A stretch of DNA of 64,000 bases from Phoronis australis (lineage: Eukaryota > Animalia > Phoronida). Position numbers and translations under genes: made by a program. The stretch is from the NCBI GenBank assembly GCA_002633005.1, contig NMRA01000001.1:624625-688624 (forward strand), written 5' to 3'. Every line of letters starts with the position of its first letter. The first letter of the stretch is position 1. A model generated the notes under the pieces. The model did no database searches, had not been told where the DNA came from, and saw nothing but the letters and a program-made list of their open reading frames with translations. This document shows positions 1-14,505 of the stretch, piece after piece.

Positions 1-460
1 AGCACACAAGAGTGAAAAGCAAAACTAACGTTCACGTGGTGAACTCTAGCAAGGTGACTTTCTGAAGTGATTTGTCGATGAGGTTGAAATATAGGACTCC
101 CTATTTATACCACCAACAAATTCTCACTGCAATGCATCGTGAGAACATTGAGTCTATGGTACACGTCACTGGGCAGTCTGGAACCACAGACGTTCAGAGA
201 CACAGGCTGATGGTCGACTCTATCAATCAACAAGACAGACCCTCTTTTGACGTCCCAACAACTCGAAAACAGAGAATGGTTTGTCAGTATGAGGCCGTCT
301 TGTTAATGGTTCCACCCAACTACACAAATGCATGCATTACTGCAAGTAGGACCATTGCCCATATCTACCATTCTTCAAAGAGTTACTATGTAGTGTTATC
401 CACACGAGTTGTCCCAGAACAAGTTACTTCTGGAATGAGTGAATTAACAGGTTTAATAGA

Positions 461-550
461 AGGCGACCCACATGGGGCAAGGCGACCCACATGGGGCAAG
501 GCGACCCACATGGGGCAAGGCAACCCACATGGGGCAAGGTGAGCCACATG
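461..550. repeat. 19-bp minisatellite (AGGCGACCCACATGGGGCA, ~4.5 copies) followed by a fragment of the MITE family seen at 25411-25851
   Basis: The tandem units are directly visible. Downstream ACCTTAGTGAGGTAAGGTAACTTGTTCTAAGG and ACAAGGTAAAAGTAATTA resemble 25551-25645. Confidence 0.85.
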
Positions 551-3404
551 TGACAAGTGACCTTAGTGAGGTAAGGTAACTTGTTCTAAGGAGACGTGAC
601 TTGTACCAGAGTAACTTATACTGCCACAAAATGTAATGTGAACACACACCTGCAGACAAGGTAAAAGTAATTACTGTCTGCATACTTTTTTGGTTTCATA
701 CTAACAATTGTTTAATCCTGTTTGTACCAGATTTATCTCAAGGTTTACGGGGTGGGGGAGAGGGGGAAGAGGGGGTTGGCGGCGGAGGGTGACTAAGGTG
801 GATCCTCATTGTAACTGGCAGGTCAGTATGAATGATTAATTTAGGCCCATCATAGTACTGAGACGGCAAAGTAAACAGGTGCCTTTAATAGCAAAGCGTC
901 GACGCTTCGATCGGATGCATGGCCAACACCAGTTTGATCAGTTACCAGAAGGTGTCACTATTAACAAAAGCACGTGTTGCGATATTATCCAAACAGACGT
1001 ATTCACCATTCTACAATGAATATAAAAAGTTCATTACATTTATTATCAAACCCATACAAGTATACGATGCTTGTGTCTGCATAACGTTTTCAGAGCACCA
1101 ACTTGCAATAATTTCAAAGACTCCCTCATCAGACAAAATACCGAATGTAAAATCATTATGTCAGAAGCAGACATAAAAAGTTCAATTTATCTTTACATTT
1201 AGCTTCTCTTGTTATGGAGCAGAGTTCACGAAAGGTCTTCTATCTTTCAGAAACATGGTAATATAAAATACCTTGGGATATAGAAACAATTACTCATAGA
1301 TCTCTGAGGGGCCAATTAAACTATTCAGAGTTGTAGCATCTGTGAACTGATTCATGGTAATCTTGGACTTGACTTCCCAGAAATGTTAATTTGAGATCAA
1401 AACAAAGATGCGAGCCATTATATAATTTATTCTCACAATTTTAGGCACACGGCACCAAGGCATGTGAGCGATGATCTGTTCAGTTCCCGACACAGATATT
1501 ATTGAGTATCAGACCTATGAGAATAGTATCAGCCACTACTTGACGAGAGCATTCCAATTATTCTTCCACATAATAGGTAGTGTGTGATTTTGCACGTTCA
1601 AAATCCAGAAGATTGTCTCAGTAATTGTTATAACCATACAGCACTTTTACACAGAGCCTAACTCGGAAACTTACGGCCATTCGTGAATTGTGGGAAAAAA
1701 CTTCATTTACACTATCTGTAAAAATATTGTGAAGTTGACATTTCAGTGAAACTAACTAACACCAGACCTGAATACAATTCAGTACTTCAGAAATTATGAA
1801 ATGGGCACTTAAGATAACATCAATAGACACAAAATCATGTCTCTGAATCAATGACAACTTAACATGACTGTCTGTCCCCAAACGTTCCAACAATAGTTCA
1901 GTTTTCTGTGAAAATAATTTATTTTAAGCGGAAAAAATTGAAGAATTTTCACAGTAAATCTTGGACAAAATTTCCACAGCATAGTCAAAGCCTGTTTACC
2001 GAGCAAGAGAGAAAGTCATTACTGGTTCACATCCCGTTTTAGATGTCATCAATTTTTAATTAGAGTAATTGTAAATAAAAACTGACATTCATGTTTTTTC
2101 ACCATTGCCAATGGCAATCATGCTAATGGCTCAAAAATGCCATAAACAACAATCTGAGTTGGTGAACACGACAACGCGATGGATTGGCGTTTGATCCCGA
2201 CAACACTCAGAATTAGTGGATGGTTTGAGTCGCTTTTATGATACGATGACTTCTTGGTTAATTGCCCTAATTAATCTTGAACATGACGATGTCCAGGTGC
2301 TAACGAGATCAAAGCGAAGCTGATGGACATTCAGGCAATTCATAAACAAACAGAGTTACGCTCCAGAGATAGACAGTAAAGTCATAAACCCCAACCACTT
2401 TCAGAAATGAAAAGTAATAATTTTGTGTTTAATTATTATCTCAATGGTCTTTGCAAGGACGTACTTTTGATTAACAAAAAGTTTATCGAAACGAAACAAA
2501 ACCAAAACCCCAGTGCTAGTGTCATTCTTTGGCAGTGATGGTCGGTTGGTTGCTATTTCTGATCTAAAAATTTGAGCCTGTGCAACATATTTCCCTATTT
2601 ACGTCATGATTTCTTAACACTAAAGTACGCATGGTAACAGTAGAACAACACAATTCACATCATAACATTATTTTATTCCACTCTGACAGTCAGTACTCGC
2701 GGCTTTCTGTAATCAATCATCAGTAGCCCAGTGGTTTCCAAGCCAATTGCTGTATTCGAACTACAGATGATAAACCCTGATTACACAACAGAAGTTGACA
2801 TGGAACAGCTGACTCGGAACGCTTAACCTGTGCAAACACAAGTTCGTGCGCAACGATTACTCACCCAGGTGTAAATTTTTGTCATCAGTGTGGAAGAACA
2901 ACTAGTGCCCACTCATTTCGTTCTGTCAGTTGTACATCCAAACAAAAAACTGTGGCAAGGCAGAAGCGAATATTAATTACCTGCACTTGCGTAGCGACAT
3001 ACATACACATGATAATTTTTGTGCTATTTCTAAAAATTGCTCATGCCTCCCTTTGCCTTATAAGCCTATGTTATTACCATTGTCCACAAAAACCTCTTCA
3101 TGCATTCAACAAAATCTTGCATCATTCTTTTCTAACGTAATCGACTATACTGTCAGCAACTTGCGTTATGCCAACATTTTTGAATGCTATGTGCAAAAGA
3201 CCCCTTAACAGCGATCACTTTGTTGACACTTAAGTTTACTAAATGGCTATACAGAATACCAGTGACACCCAATAACCCTGCATACTCAGCTCTCGACTAC
3301 ACCGAGTTCACTTTCACAGCATCAGGCACTAACTCCCACACAGTTAAGTACCACACTGGATATCCGTAAGTACCATAAAACTTCTTTAGATTGGTACATA
3401 ATAT

Positions 3405-3552
3405 CATGGGCGGCGCAGCACTGAAAAAAGTGGGTGGAGGGCTAAAGCCTCTCAGCCCCCATGTGGTACACCGCCCATAGACCATGGGCGGTGCAGCCCT
3501 GAAGAAAGGGGGGCTATAGCCCCCCCCAGCCTCCTATGGTGCACTGCCCGTG
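3405..3552. mobile_element. Tandem dimer of a tiny CATGGGCGG-ended MITE
   Basis: Two ~72-bp units, each with inverted ends (CATGGGCGGCGCAGC...TGGTACACCGCCCAT; CATGGGCGGTGCAGC...GGTGCACTGCCCGTG). The dimer is flanked by AATAT on both sides. Confidence 0.65.
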
Positions 3553-5063
3553 AATATTACCGATTTAAGTGAAATTTCATTTTGACAAATTTCTCAACAC
3601 AAATAACTTTTCTGAAAATTTTACTGTGCTTTTAGCATTGTTTGTATGGTGTAGTTATTTAACCAAACGACACTTGGTAAATTGCAAGCATTTGCAACAA
3701 TGTGGTAAGCGTCTGCAAAACAGACGAATGGCAATTCTAACAACTATGTCTGTCCCAAATTGAAGAATTTTGCCATGATACTTCGTAGCCCAAACCAAAT
3801 GTAATTTTCGCTCTACTTACTGCATGTAGTTGTAATCGTTCAAAAGGTCAAAATTGCAGCACTGTCTAGTCTCATTCACTTGAAGGTTTAAAATATGACA
3901 AAAAAACCCTGCCATGACACATTAGTTGAATTGTGCTTTCTTGTTTTCATGTATCAGCCAGAAGAAATTTGTGTTTAAGATGTTCAACTTCAGGGCACAG
4001 TCAAACAAACATCAATTTTCACTTAGACAGAACTTACTCCACAGGCGTAAGCCAATTAACATGCTAAATGCTGGTGCCGGGGGGGTCGCTTGCTGCGTAC
4101 TCATACTATGAATATCATGAGTAAAGGTAGACATACCCCATCTGGTGGACAGATGAGCTATCGCCCTGACTCCGAATCGGAATGTGCACTGTGTCAGAAT
4201 TATTACGTCATTCCAATATGGGACAGTGGAGGTGGGTGTACTGAAATAAATGACCGTTTTTTTCACAGCCATGCTGGTGGTTAGGTCATTTGCTTTAGGT
4301 CCGCTCTGTATATATTCTCATTTTTCAAGCAAATTTCTTACTAGTAGATCTTTTATATAGTGCACGTAGTCAGGTATTATACACCTCCACTTAATTTAGC
4401 CTATGTGCTTGCTTTTTCTATGCATACACCAGTTTTGAAAGACCAGTCTTGTTGTTCAGGTTTTCAATCGTTCAGTCTACTTTTTAGTATTATTATGTTT
4501 GATCGTTCACATGAAGTTATTATGAAGCTCAGAAATCAATCAACTAACATTAATTCTGATACGGTCTGCCCGCATCAAATTTATTACGGTCCTGGACCCT
4601 ATCAGAATATTCCAATATAACGCTAACTCCCTTACAGTACTGAGTAACTAACAGATATCTTACACTATTACACATTTTTGCCACGTTTGACACGCTTTGA
4701 GAATGTAATACATATAAAATTTTCACTCGGGTACACAGTAGAAATACCATAGAGTATGTAATACCAAAAATCATGAGGTGAGCTCATAGTATATCTGTGT
4801 ACAAGTCATAACTGTGTACACAGTCAAGGCGTGTCTGGTTACCCTAATTACCTATACAGTACTTCACAATTAAGCAGTTGTCTATGACATCAAAGACCAC
4901 TGATACTCTCTGTTTCCATAGACATGAAACAGAGCTTAGTAATTAGTTAAATGATTTTGCAAAATTCATGAAGCGATTAAAAGCAGAATACATGGAGCAA
5001 ATGACAATGAAATGGTATTCAGCCTGAAAAGCATATAGTGACATACACTTTACCTCAACAACC

Positions 5064-5302
5064 GAGGAGGCAGTGTGGCCTAATGTGATAGGTGCCCGCC
5101 TTCTTTTTTCGAGGTCGTGGGTTCGAGTCCCACTGTGCCACACTGCTAGACCCTTGAGCCAGATTTCTAGCTCCTCAGCTCGGTTTTAACTGTATATCAA
5201 TTAAGCACAGAAATAGTTGCAGGTGATCAGTGTAATGGGCCCACCCGCACGGCCTGAGCATGTCTAGTACACGTTGTACCAGACCGCCTGCAATTTTTTT
5301 TA
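5064..5302 (+). mobile_element. tRNA-derived SINE, full length
   Basis: A-box-like TGGCCTAATGTG, B-box GGTTCGAGTCC and a T-rich tail. 13-bp target site duplication TACCTCAACAACC at 5051-5063 and 5303-5315. Further copies at ~42.7 kb and ~52 kb. Confidence 0.9.
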
Positions 5303-8300
5303 TACCTCAACAACCAGAGTCCTTTTGGTCACCACTTGGTTGCTATGACAAATTAAAAGGGGAGGGCTTTTGCCAACCATGGCGTAAGCAATTTTGATGT
5401 GAGAATTGTCAACAGTGAATGTTCAGTCAAATACTTTTAAATTTTGGGATAAAACTGAAAAAGTTCGAATAGGCCACTCAGGGATAGGAACTTCCATCAT
5501 ACTAGAGGTGGAAAAATGCGGTGTTACACTGGCCTCGTTTTAGAAATGTCCCGCGAATTCTAGAGATCACATTGGAAAATGTCACATCTACAGATTCTTC
5601 TCTGGTTTATCCAACTTTCTGCCATCGGAATTGCAGCCTGCAGCATAGCAATAAAACTGACTACTGGAACTGGAAGGTCACATACGGTTAACGCAGTCTA
5701 GAAAAAGTTGAAAAAACTAGGCAACAGAAAACAACAGGAGACACTTTAATAGCAAGCAAACAAAGCTATAGAACAGTGAGACTGTGTTAATACAGGACTG
5801 AAGGTATACACCAGGTGTCGCTGTGTTATCTGGGACTGTCCAATAGCACTTTACACACACTCCCCCCCATCAGATGCTCGGTCAGTCGCTCTATGACAAC
5901 TGTCTCCCAAGCAGATACAGCTTTATCCATAGTATTGGCCTCAAGGTTATGCAATATGTGTATTTAAGTTAGCCACACATCTACAAGAATACAGACAAAT
6001 TTTAACCCAGTAAAAGTATATTTTCTGAAAGTAGAAAGCCTGTAGAATTTGAATTTTGGCTTTATAGCAATCTGCCATTGATTGGCACTGCCAAGCTTTG
6101 TGCCACAGGCCAAAAGAGGGGGTGTCTAGTTACGCAACTTCCTTCTGGATCATGGTGTTGTGCCTAATTCAATTACACACAGCATACATTTGGGGTGTGG
6201 AATTTGCTCAGAGAGCAGAATTAACAAGCAGAATGTATTGGGTCTGTTTTCCACTACAAGAAGCAAGAGGAGCCAGAAGGGCTGTTCATTGTACTACTAC
6301 TGTATGTTGGTACTTTGAAACTGATTATTATAATAAAATTTAAGAGGAATCTAATCATTAAGATTTTAAGCAATTAAAGAGCATTTAATAAACAGGTTTG
6401 CAGTGAAGTTCATTTTTCTTTTAAATCGCACAGAGAAGATATTTCTTCATAGAACTTCACACCAGTGAGAAGTAAAACATATATATTGGGTTGAAAACCT
6501 TAAGTGCTGAGGCCAGACAAGGCTGGTTGCACATGACAACTGGGTGTAAAACCCAGGTAACACCCAAGAAAAAACTTCACAATGGCTACATGGCCATGTC
6601 TATTTAGTAAATTTAGCAAAAAAGAAAGGCACGTTCACAGCAAAATAAGAAACAATAAGACGACCAAGTTTGGTTTGGTATGTTACTCAAGCTGTAATTT
6701 CAAAAATTTGAAGCGTTAGTTTTCTAAAATATGATTTTGCTTTTGTTTTATGGAACTTTTTTTATAAAAATCATTAGAGCCCTAGGTTTTGATAGCCTCT
6801 CATGAAAGATTGGAAAATTTCAAAAACAATTCCAAGCAATGCTTTGCAGCATATTGCATACTATTCGTAAATTTTAGGGGAATCTCAAGTCGGCCATTTC
6901 TAAGATATAATGTTTCAAAGTTAGCTAAATTTGAACACTTTTCCAAGGAACTATTTGAGACCAATTTCAACAGGGTTAAAGTTGTCTAAATTAAGCAGAT
7001 TTTTCAGAAAGGAGGCCGGTTTATAGCCATAGTGACTTCATATACATCAGCCACATATAGGCAGCAAAATAGAGTGTGATTGGAGGTGAAATGACTATTG
7101 AATTATTGGACCTTTGAAAGTTGAAATATTTGATAATCCTGGAATATGAGTACCGAATGTGGGCGTTGAACTGGGAAAATACGGCGAATAAACAGGATTG
7201 TCTCTGCCAAAGTGAATAAATGGTTTAATAAACAAACCACCAAATAAAAACATGTACTATTTCAGAGCATTTTTACAATGAAGCCCTGGTGTTCATCTTT
7301 CAATTCAAAACTCATGACACAGTTGGGAATGATAAAAAATGGTTAATATTTTTACGACATATTCAACTCTGCCACATCAAACTATTTCTGCTCAAACTAG
7401 TATATTTACAAGATGCTTACCAATCACAACAGGTGGTGCTCACATCAACAAATGACTGGGTAAAGCACTCATATATTGCAACAAGATGATATCATTGAAA
7501 TACTGTTAACTGAATCACCTTGGCAACCAGTAGGTGCATTTTGTTAAATTCACACATGGCTTATTCAACTAACTTCACACAACCAGTCAACAACCAAAAT
7601 TTGTGTATTCAGTTTATTTGGCACACCCTGGCTATCATGTTTAATTCATTCTGAGTGCTGCATTGCTGTACAGTTGATATTTTCAAAAACTTGACAGTAC
7701 AGTGGTCAAAGGTCCATGTCTTAAATAAAATCCAAAAGCTCTCTTACAGAATATCAAAAATTAAGAATTCAATCAAGTTATTAGCCAAATAATTTTAGAG
7801 AAAATGTCCGTAGTGAAATTTGTCAGCTTCACCATAATTCCACCCAATGTTTTAAAATAGCGGAATTTTCGTCTTTACCTCTTTTGATTGTGTTTGAATT
7901 GAAATCGGACAACATTTCACCACTTTTACCTTAAAGTTCTGTTTTTTTCACAAACACATAAAGGTGTCACTGGCATTTGATTGGCAATGTTTCATGCTGG
8001 GAACTGTTTCAATATTTCAACCAGAATCATTACAAAAAGCTAGACGATCTTTTGTACCTGGAGTAAGGATCAAAATTTATCTCAATATAAAAAATACAAA
8101 AAAATTGATTGAAGTTGAATTTTAACCGTCTTATTTGCCAAACCTCAGGCTCACCAAATTTAAACACAACAGCTCCAGTCAGCCCTAATGACTGTAACTC
8201 TTACCCATCATTATAGCAACACTCATAGCTAAAACTCAGGCAAATATTGGGTAATAACTAAGTTTGGTTTCCATTGGCTACAGAAGACATTTGCCAGGTC

Positions 8301-11133
8301 CTTGAAACTAAACACACATAATGGCCACCGATTTATGTGCAACCAGGCTGAAAAGACTATTTTCACCTGCCCCGAGCAGCCAACAGTGTAGTTAAAAGGA
8401 AAGGCTCACTAATTTAGAAATCTGAAACAAATAAAGGTTCTAATTGTGGCCATCACTAGACAGACACAACAGCTAATCACCACATGCAACAGGCAAGCAC
8501 GAAACACATTTGCAAGCTTTGGCAGTGTAAAAACAGTCTTGTGATAGGGTGGTGCCTTGTTTAAAGGTTTTTTGTTACATCACTGATAAGTTTTAACTGA
8601 AGAATATTTAGCCTTAAGTCAAAATCACCACTGAACTTTTCACCTTGTGAAAGATACGACAACTTTCTGATTACAGGTAACGATGGAATATTTTTCGGGA
8701 AAAACGAAGAAATTCTTCACTTTTTCTCTGAAATGGCAAAACCCTAAGTACAATCTGCATTGTTGAGTTCAGTAGCATTTTAGCTTAGTGTCCGAAAGTT
8801 GCGTATTGAGTCGATATATAGATAATGACTTAGTTTGGAATATCTTGTTTTGCATAATAACGAACGGATGTGGTTGTCCCTAGTTGGATGATGGAGCTTG
8901 TGGGTATTATTTTAATAAATAGCTTCATTCTTATTTTATCATTTAAAGCTGTCAATTTTTGACCCACTGATGTTTATTATGCATTCAATTGACTTGTACT
9001 TTGTAGATGCAGAAAAGATCAACAGAGACAAATATGAAGATATCAAGAGATAGGATACTTTCAATCTTACCAAAAAGCCAACAAGTACATTGGATTTCAA
9101 CATATGAAATACACAAAACTAGGACGACGATAATTCGCAAGTTTCATTAAATAGTTACAGCAACGGTGATGGAAAATAATTTTCAAAATCATTTCAAAAT
9201 CCACGAAGAGTTCCATTCACGAAAAAAATGCATAAAAATTTAGACAAAATGGAGGATACGCGACCTTTAAGCCAAATTAACTAATATAAGCGTTCTGGCT
9301 TTGTACTCGTTGATGTAAGATTTTCCTAAGCTTTGATCTTTTGATCCTCAACTTGTTTGTTCTTGATTTGTTTGTTGCAGTTAGCAAAACTAGTGAACAA
9401 GACGGCTGCCCTATGAACATCTAATATCAATTAAAATCAAATACGTCAAACGATACATTTGAGACCACTTGCACTCTGACTAAACAACACAAAAGGCTAA
9501 TCTGCGGATGTTGTTGAGCAACTTCTCATAATCCATGCATTCAGTCACAGCCTGAAATATCTCAGTGCCGTCTCCCATTCTACACCAATTCACTACTACT
9601 AACAGTTAAAAATTAATGAGCTGGGCGGGACACGGCCAGGTGTTTATCAGGTAAGAAATATTACATGACACAACCCTCCAAAAACAATGGAGTGTGTTTA
9701 TGCACCACCCTGAAGAGGAGAGCTGAATTCAGGATGTGACTATTCAAAGTGAAAGCCTGGACAGCGAAGCGAAACTTCCAAGTTCAGCAAATTAGGACAA
9801 AGTCTCTGCAATTTAGCACACAATACAGCAGAACACAGAAATACCTATTTCGTGAAGACTTGCTTCAAAAAAGTAAAAAAAAGGAATAAAAAACATTTCA
9901 TTACTTGTAGCATGGTTTATATGATTTTACGTCTGTCATCAGAAAACATGCAAAGAAGTGTGTGCATTTTCAAAGAGCAGTGAGCTTTGGAAAAAAACAG
10001 TGGGACAGTCTCCAGAATTTGGGAAACGGAAACTCCCACAAAAATTAAATTATCTATATTCTAGAAGTTGGGAAAATGGCAATTTTGGCCTTCATCATAT
10101 TACTCAAATTTCAGTCAATGCCCATTCAAGCTACACAGTGGGTAGTTTTGCTGTCTTTCGCCTAATTCTTGAATTTGGAACGGCCAATATTGCCTATTTC
10201 TAGAATTTGGGATGAATTCGGACCTTAAGTAAAATAATAAATTTTCATTGTCCCAAATTGGAGAATTTTCCCCCGTAACAGTGTCGGTTAACCTATGGAC
10301 ACTCGACGTTTACTTAACGTCACTTCATATTTTTCTACAGGAAATCTTCAGCATTTTATCAATTCTGGAGAGATTTTTAAAAATATCTTTTACCAAACAT
10401 CCACATGGTTGCACTGGAGTCTTTACCTGAAGAAACTTTGGAATTCACTTGTCTGACATGCTAAAAAAAGAAAAGAATCCACATGATTGAAAATGCCACC
10501 TGCGCTTTGAATCTGCAACGGGCAGTCGTCATCGGAGACGAGTATAACGGTTCACCTGGCTTAACGAGCCGGTGAAAAATTCAGGCGAAGTGCTTCAATT
10601 TCATAAAGAGCTTACCCAGCAACACGCGCATAAATTAAGCGCAGAAGGAGACAATTTTTGGGTGATTAACCCAGGAATTGGATTACATGCTGAGCATGAC
10701 ATTAATAGGTTCAGCACAGTAACAGAATATTCAAGGGTCAGATACGCAAGAGCTCCATGCTCTAAGTATTTTCATAATAAATTGAATTTGTAGCTAACTT
10801 TGAAGGTATGCGTTACAAACCACAGATGGCATTCACAACCAGCTTAGAAATTTACCTTTTCGATTATCAGGGCAATAAAAAGAACACTCGCGAGTTTAAG
10901 AGGTCTCGACTTCCATTTTGGAAAAACACAAAAACTATTTTGAGAAATTAAAAATTTACAATTCGAATAATGTACAACCACTGACGTTTTCTCCGATGGA
11001 AACAAAAACTTGAACAATACAACTACATCATAAACGTGAAGCTACAAGAAAAAAATCATTTTTTTGCACTAACTTGATTTTTGGTAGATTTGTCTTATAA
11101 ATTCATTAGTTAGTAGTATGTGTAATCAAAAGA

Positions 11134-11358
11134 AATGTCGGGCGGTATCATACTGACAATACTCAGTGAATGCACTGTAATGTCGGGCGGTATCATACTG
11201 ACAATACTCAGTGAATGCACTGTAATGTCGGGCGGTATCATACTGACAATACTCAGTGAATGCACTGAAATGTCAGGCGGTATCATACTGACAATACCCA
11301 GTGAATGCACTGTAATGTTGGGCCGTATCATACTGACAATACTCAGTGAATGCACTGT
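11134..11358. repeat. 45-bp minisatellite, 5 copies
   Basis: Unit AATGTCGGGCGGTATCATACTGACAATACTCAGTGAATGCACTGT is repeated head-to-tail without spacers. Confidence 0.95.
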
Positions 11359-11889
11359 TATTTCACTCTTTGTTAACAAGTGCCAATTACACTGGGAGAT
11401 TAGTTCCACACATTTTTAATGCTGAAAGAGCTCAAAATGGGCAAAAAAGAGTGTTATAAGCATGCAAGTCAACTAATGAGCAGTTATTAACAGTTTACGT
11501 ATCATAATAATAATAATGTCTTCTACCTAAAATCGAAGCATGTGCATTTGATTCAACTATGAAATCCCCTATGACACACAGCTGCAAACCTATCTGTATT
11601 TTTAGAGCACTCTTACAAGACAGCCAGCCACCCCATTACCCAGAATACCTTGCTGAAGACCAAGTGCCAAGACCCTCAGGATTCAACAACATTGACATAA
11701 GGTATGTGGTAGTTCACATGACCAACAATTCCTGAAACTGAAGGTCAATACCAGATTGATAACTTGCATACACTAAATTGCCAAACATTCTACTGCCGAT
11801 GTATTGCTCTCCGATGATTGTGACTCCCCATTGGACAATGAAATAAAGATGGCATCATAACCTTCAGTAATTTTATTTGGACGTTGGGA

Positions 11890-11950
11890 TTTTCTGATAG
11901 CTATTTTCTGATAGCTATTTTCTGATAGCTATTTTCTGATAGCTATTTCT
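11890..11950. repeat. 14-bp tandem repeat (~4 copies)
   Basis: ATTTTCTGATAGCT repeated. Confidence 0.9.
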
Positions 11951-14009
11951 GGCCATGGTGACATTAAGCTCTGTAGCAACACTGTATCAAATGGATAAAT
12001 CTATAAAAACGAACGCTCAATCACTCGTCAAGTAACAGCAGGAGGTGAAAACTTTAATTCCCAATACAAAAGTTTCGCAATAGTTTTTCACATAAAATCC
12101 CACGGAAAAAGGAGTCCCTCTGTCTGAGAACTCCAGCGTACAGCGCCTTATATTATTTCAAACATCCCCACCGATGGCAATAAAAGAGTTAGACTGGAGT
12201 CTTCACTCAACTCCCTTGTGCTACCTAACCTTTAGCCAGTTCCGCACCTGTCCTCGTAAACAATCGTTCAGTCGTTGTAGGGAATTTACAACATCTCAAT
12301 CAAACAGTTAGCAAATTAGCAAAATACCAGCAAACGGTTACCTGTGTACACCTGTAACCTTATTACGAAGTGAAAGATAATGGAGGGCATGATAGGACTC
12401 ATGCTCGCCAGTCACTTATTTTGCAAAAACCAAGAATAGTAAAAATTGGCTACAGTACACTTAACCTACCAACTATAGACACCAATGGCAGTTACATGTT
12501 TGACATACATTGCGTTATATTTTTTACACATTTTACATGTTCGCGGGGCAGTTTTTCAACATCTGTAAAATTCTCACCAGGCAATCAAACCTTCAAAATT
12601 GCAAAACAACATTTTTTTGTAATGATGTTTGGGTAAAAAGAGTAAAGAACGTTTTTGTTAAAGAACGTCAACAAAGCTCTAAACTTTGTGATCGGATAGT
12701 ATACCAAGTATGGTAAATCATTATTTGTACTTGTCTTGATTTTACATAAGTGAACACTTAGGGGAAGATAAATTGATGTATTTGGGCATTAAGCGAAGCC
12801 CAATCAAAGTACATCAGAGGATACTGCTTGTTGCATAAATAATAAATTAGAAACACAGAGTCAGAAATAAAAATATTCCTGTACCAGTAAAACTACGGTA
12901 CATGTAAACTACCTGTCTAGAATTATGTACAAAACATGCAGCAACAAATGCTTTTTAAGTAACCATAGACACAAGATAGACAGGGTAATGATAAGAAAAT
13001 TTAAGCAGTTACAAAACAGCATTTCCTAACTTTTGAGGTGGGTGTTTTGTGGAACTATGGTGCAGAACTCTAAGGACATGGCTAAGTTGGGAGGTGTAGT
13101 GCCTATTGTTTAGATTACAGAGCGTCAGTAAATGAATATTCCAGGTATAGCCAGCCCAGCTGACAACAGGTGTTTACACATGTTAACTGTACATATACGC
13201 CACTTATAAAACAATAACAAGTCCTACTCAGTTTAGCTAATCACCTGTCCACTAATATTATTATTATTTTGAATTTGAAAAACCGTAGAACAACAACACA
13301 ATGACTGCATTTACATCTTGTTTACGTTAAAATCTCTCACTATGTATGAGGGACAGATGAAATTTAATTTTCTCATGTTTACGTACGATATACAATACGA
13401 GAATGATGCTTAGCCATATTTTGCACTATAGCTAATAACATAAAACACAATGAAACTTGTGGCACTCATACCAATTTAAGATGTACCGTACTTGAAAACT
13501 GAAAAAGTACAATTTTGGGGATTAGTTTTGTCCGAAATAGGTGAGATTTTACATTTCATGGAACAAGCAACAAATTGGCATAAACGCAAATAATCCAAAA
13601 AATCCTCCACACAGAGTTCATATAGGTGCCATGCCTTTTGTGAGAAATTCACTGGTCGACCTCAGGCATTGATTGACACAAGACCGCAGTACTGAACCTT
13701 ACCATTGATGAAATACGGAAAAAATTCTTCGATTTGGGGCAAAAATAATAATTGCTTAAATTGCCATGTTTCTACTTTTCAGATGCTTACCACTTTGTTC
13801 TACTAATGCTAAAATTTTACCAAAAGCTGTTTGGTAACAGCTATGCCATACAAACGATGGTATAGGCAAATTAAATTTTCTTGCAAAGTTACGTTTTTGA
13901 GAAATTTGACGAAATTAAATTACCTGTCCACCATATTATGTAGTAAACTGAAGAATGCTTACCCGTAATACAAGTTACATTTCTCCACAAGTCCATAAAG
14001 ACTCCTTAG

Positions 14010-14505
14010 CAGGCCTTTATCCAGGAATTTGAAAATAGGGTGTCCAAAATGGGGTTCCCAATATTCCAGGGCGTCCATAATTCCGACGCGTAATCCCCCC
14101 CACCTCCATCAATACCCCCAAACACACAGATTTTTTTACAAAAATGCATAGATCAAGGTTTTTACATCTAAGTTTATAAAAGAGCCTTCTATGGTGAGCA
14201 TTTTTACTAAAAAAAAACTGTGTAGACCAAGACTTACAATGCTGTCAATCAAGTGTCAAAATATCAACAATGCATATACTTTGTATATACATTGTATATT
14301 TCTTCCTGCTTTGAAAAAAGAGCCCCCCCCCACTGTGAGCCTTCAGAGGCTTCCTAGTATTCATTACAATGTGTGAGTCCAATCTTGAAAGGTTCCTATT
14401 GACACTGGGAGTCCAAATGATACATTGGGCGTCCTTGCCAGGGAGCTCAGATAAGTGCTAGGGCGTCCATTTGGATGCCCAGGGCATACGCTGCATGAAG
14501 GCCTG
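14010..14505. mobile_element. hAT-type MITE
   Basis: Inverted ends CAGGCCTTTATCCAG / CTGCATGAAGGCCTG. 8-bp flanking duplication CTCCTTAG / CTCCTTAA; an 8-bp TSD with CAGG ends is typical of hAT. Confidence 0.8.

Noticed and set aside
72-542. 156-aa ORF
   Set aside because: It has a non-ATG start and no recognisable motif, and its 3' end runs through a minisatellite.
5066-5140. tRNA gene
   Set aside because: The A/B boxes continue into a repeated body with a tail and TSD, so this is a SINE head rather than a cloverleaf gene.
11110-11419. Repetitive ORFs on both strands, or a CRISPR-like array
   Set aside because: These are by-products of a 45-bp tandem repeat. There are no unique spacers and no cas genes, and the context is eukaryotic. 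The same applies to the arrays at 23.1, 33.6 and 38.4 kb.
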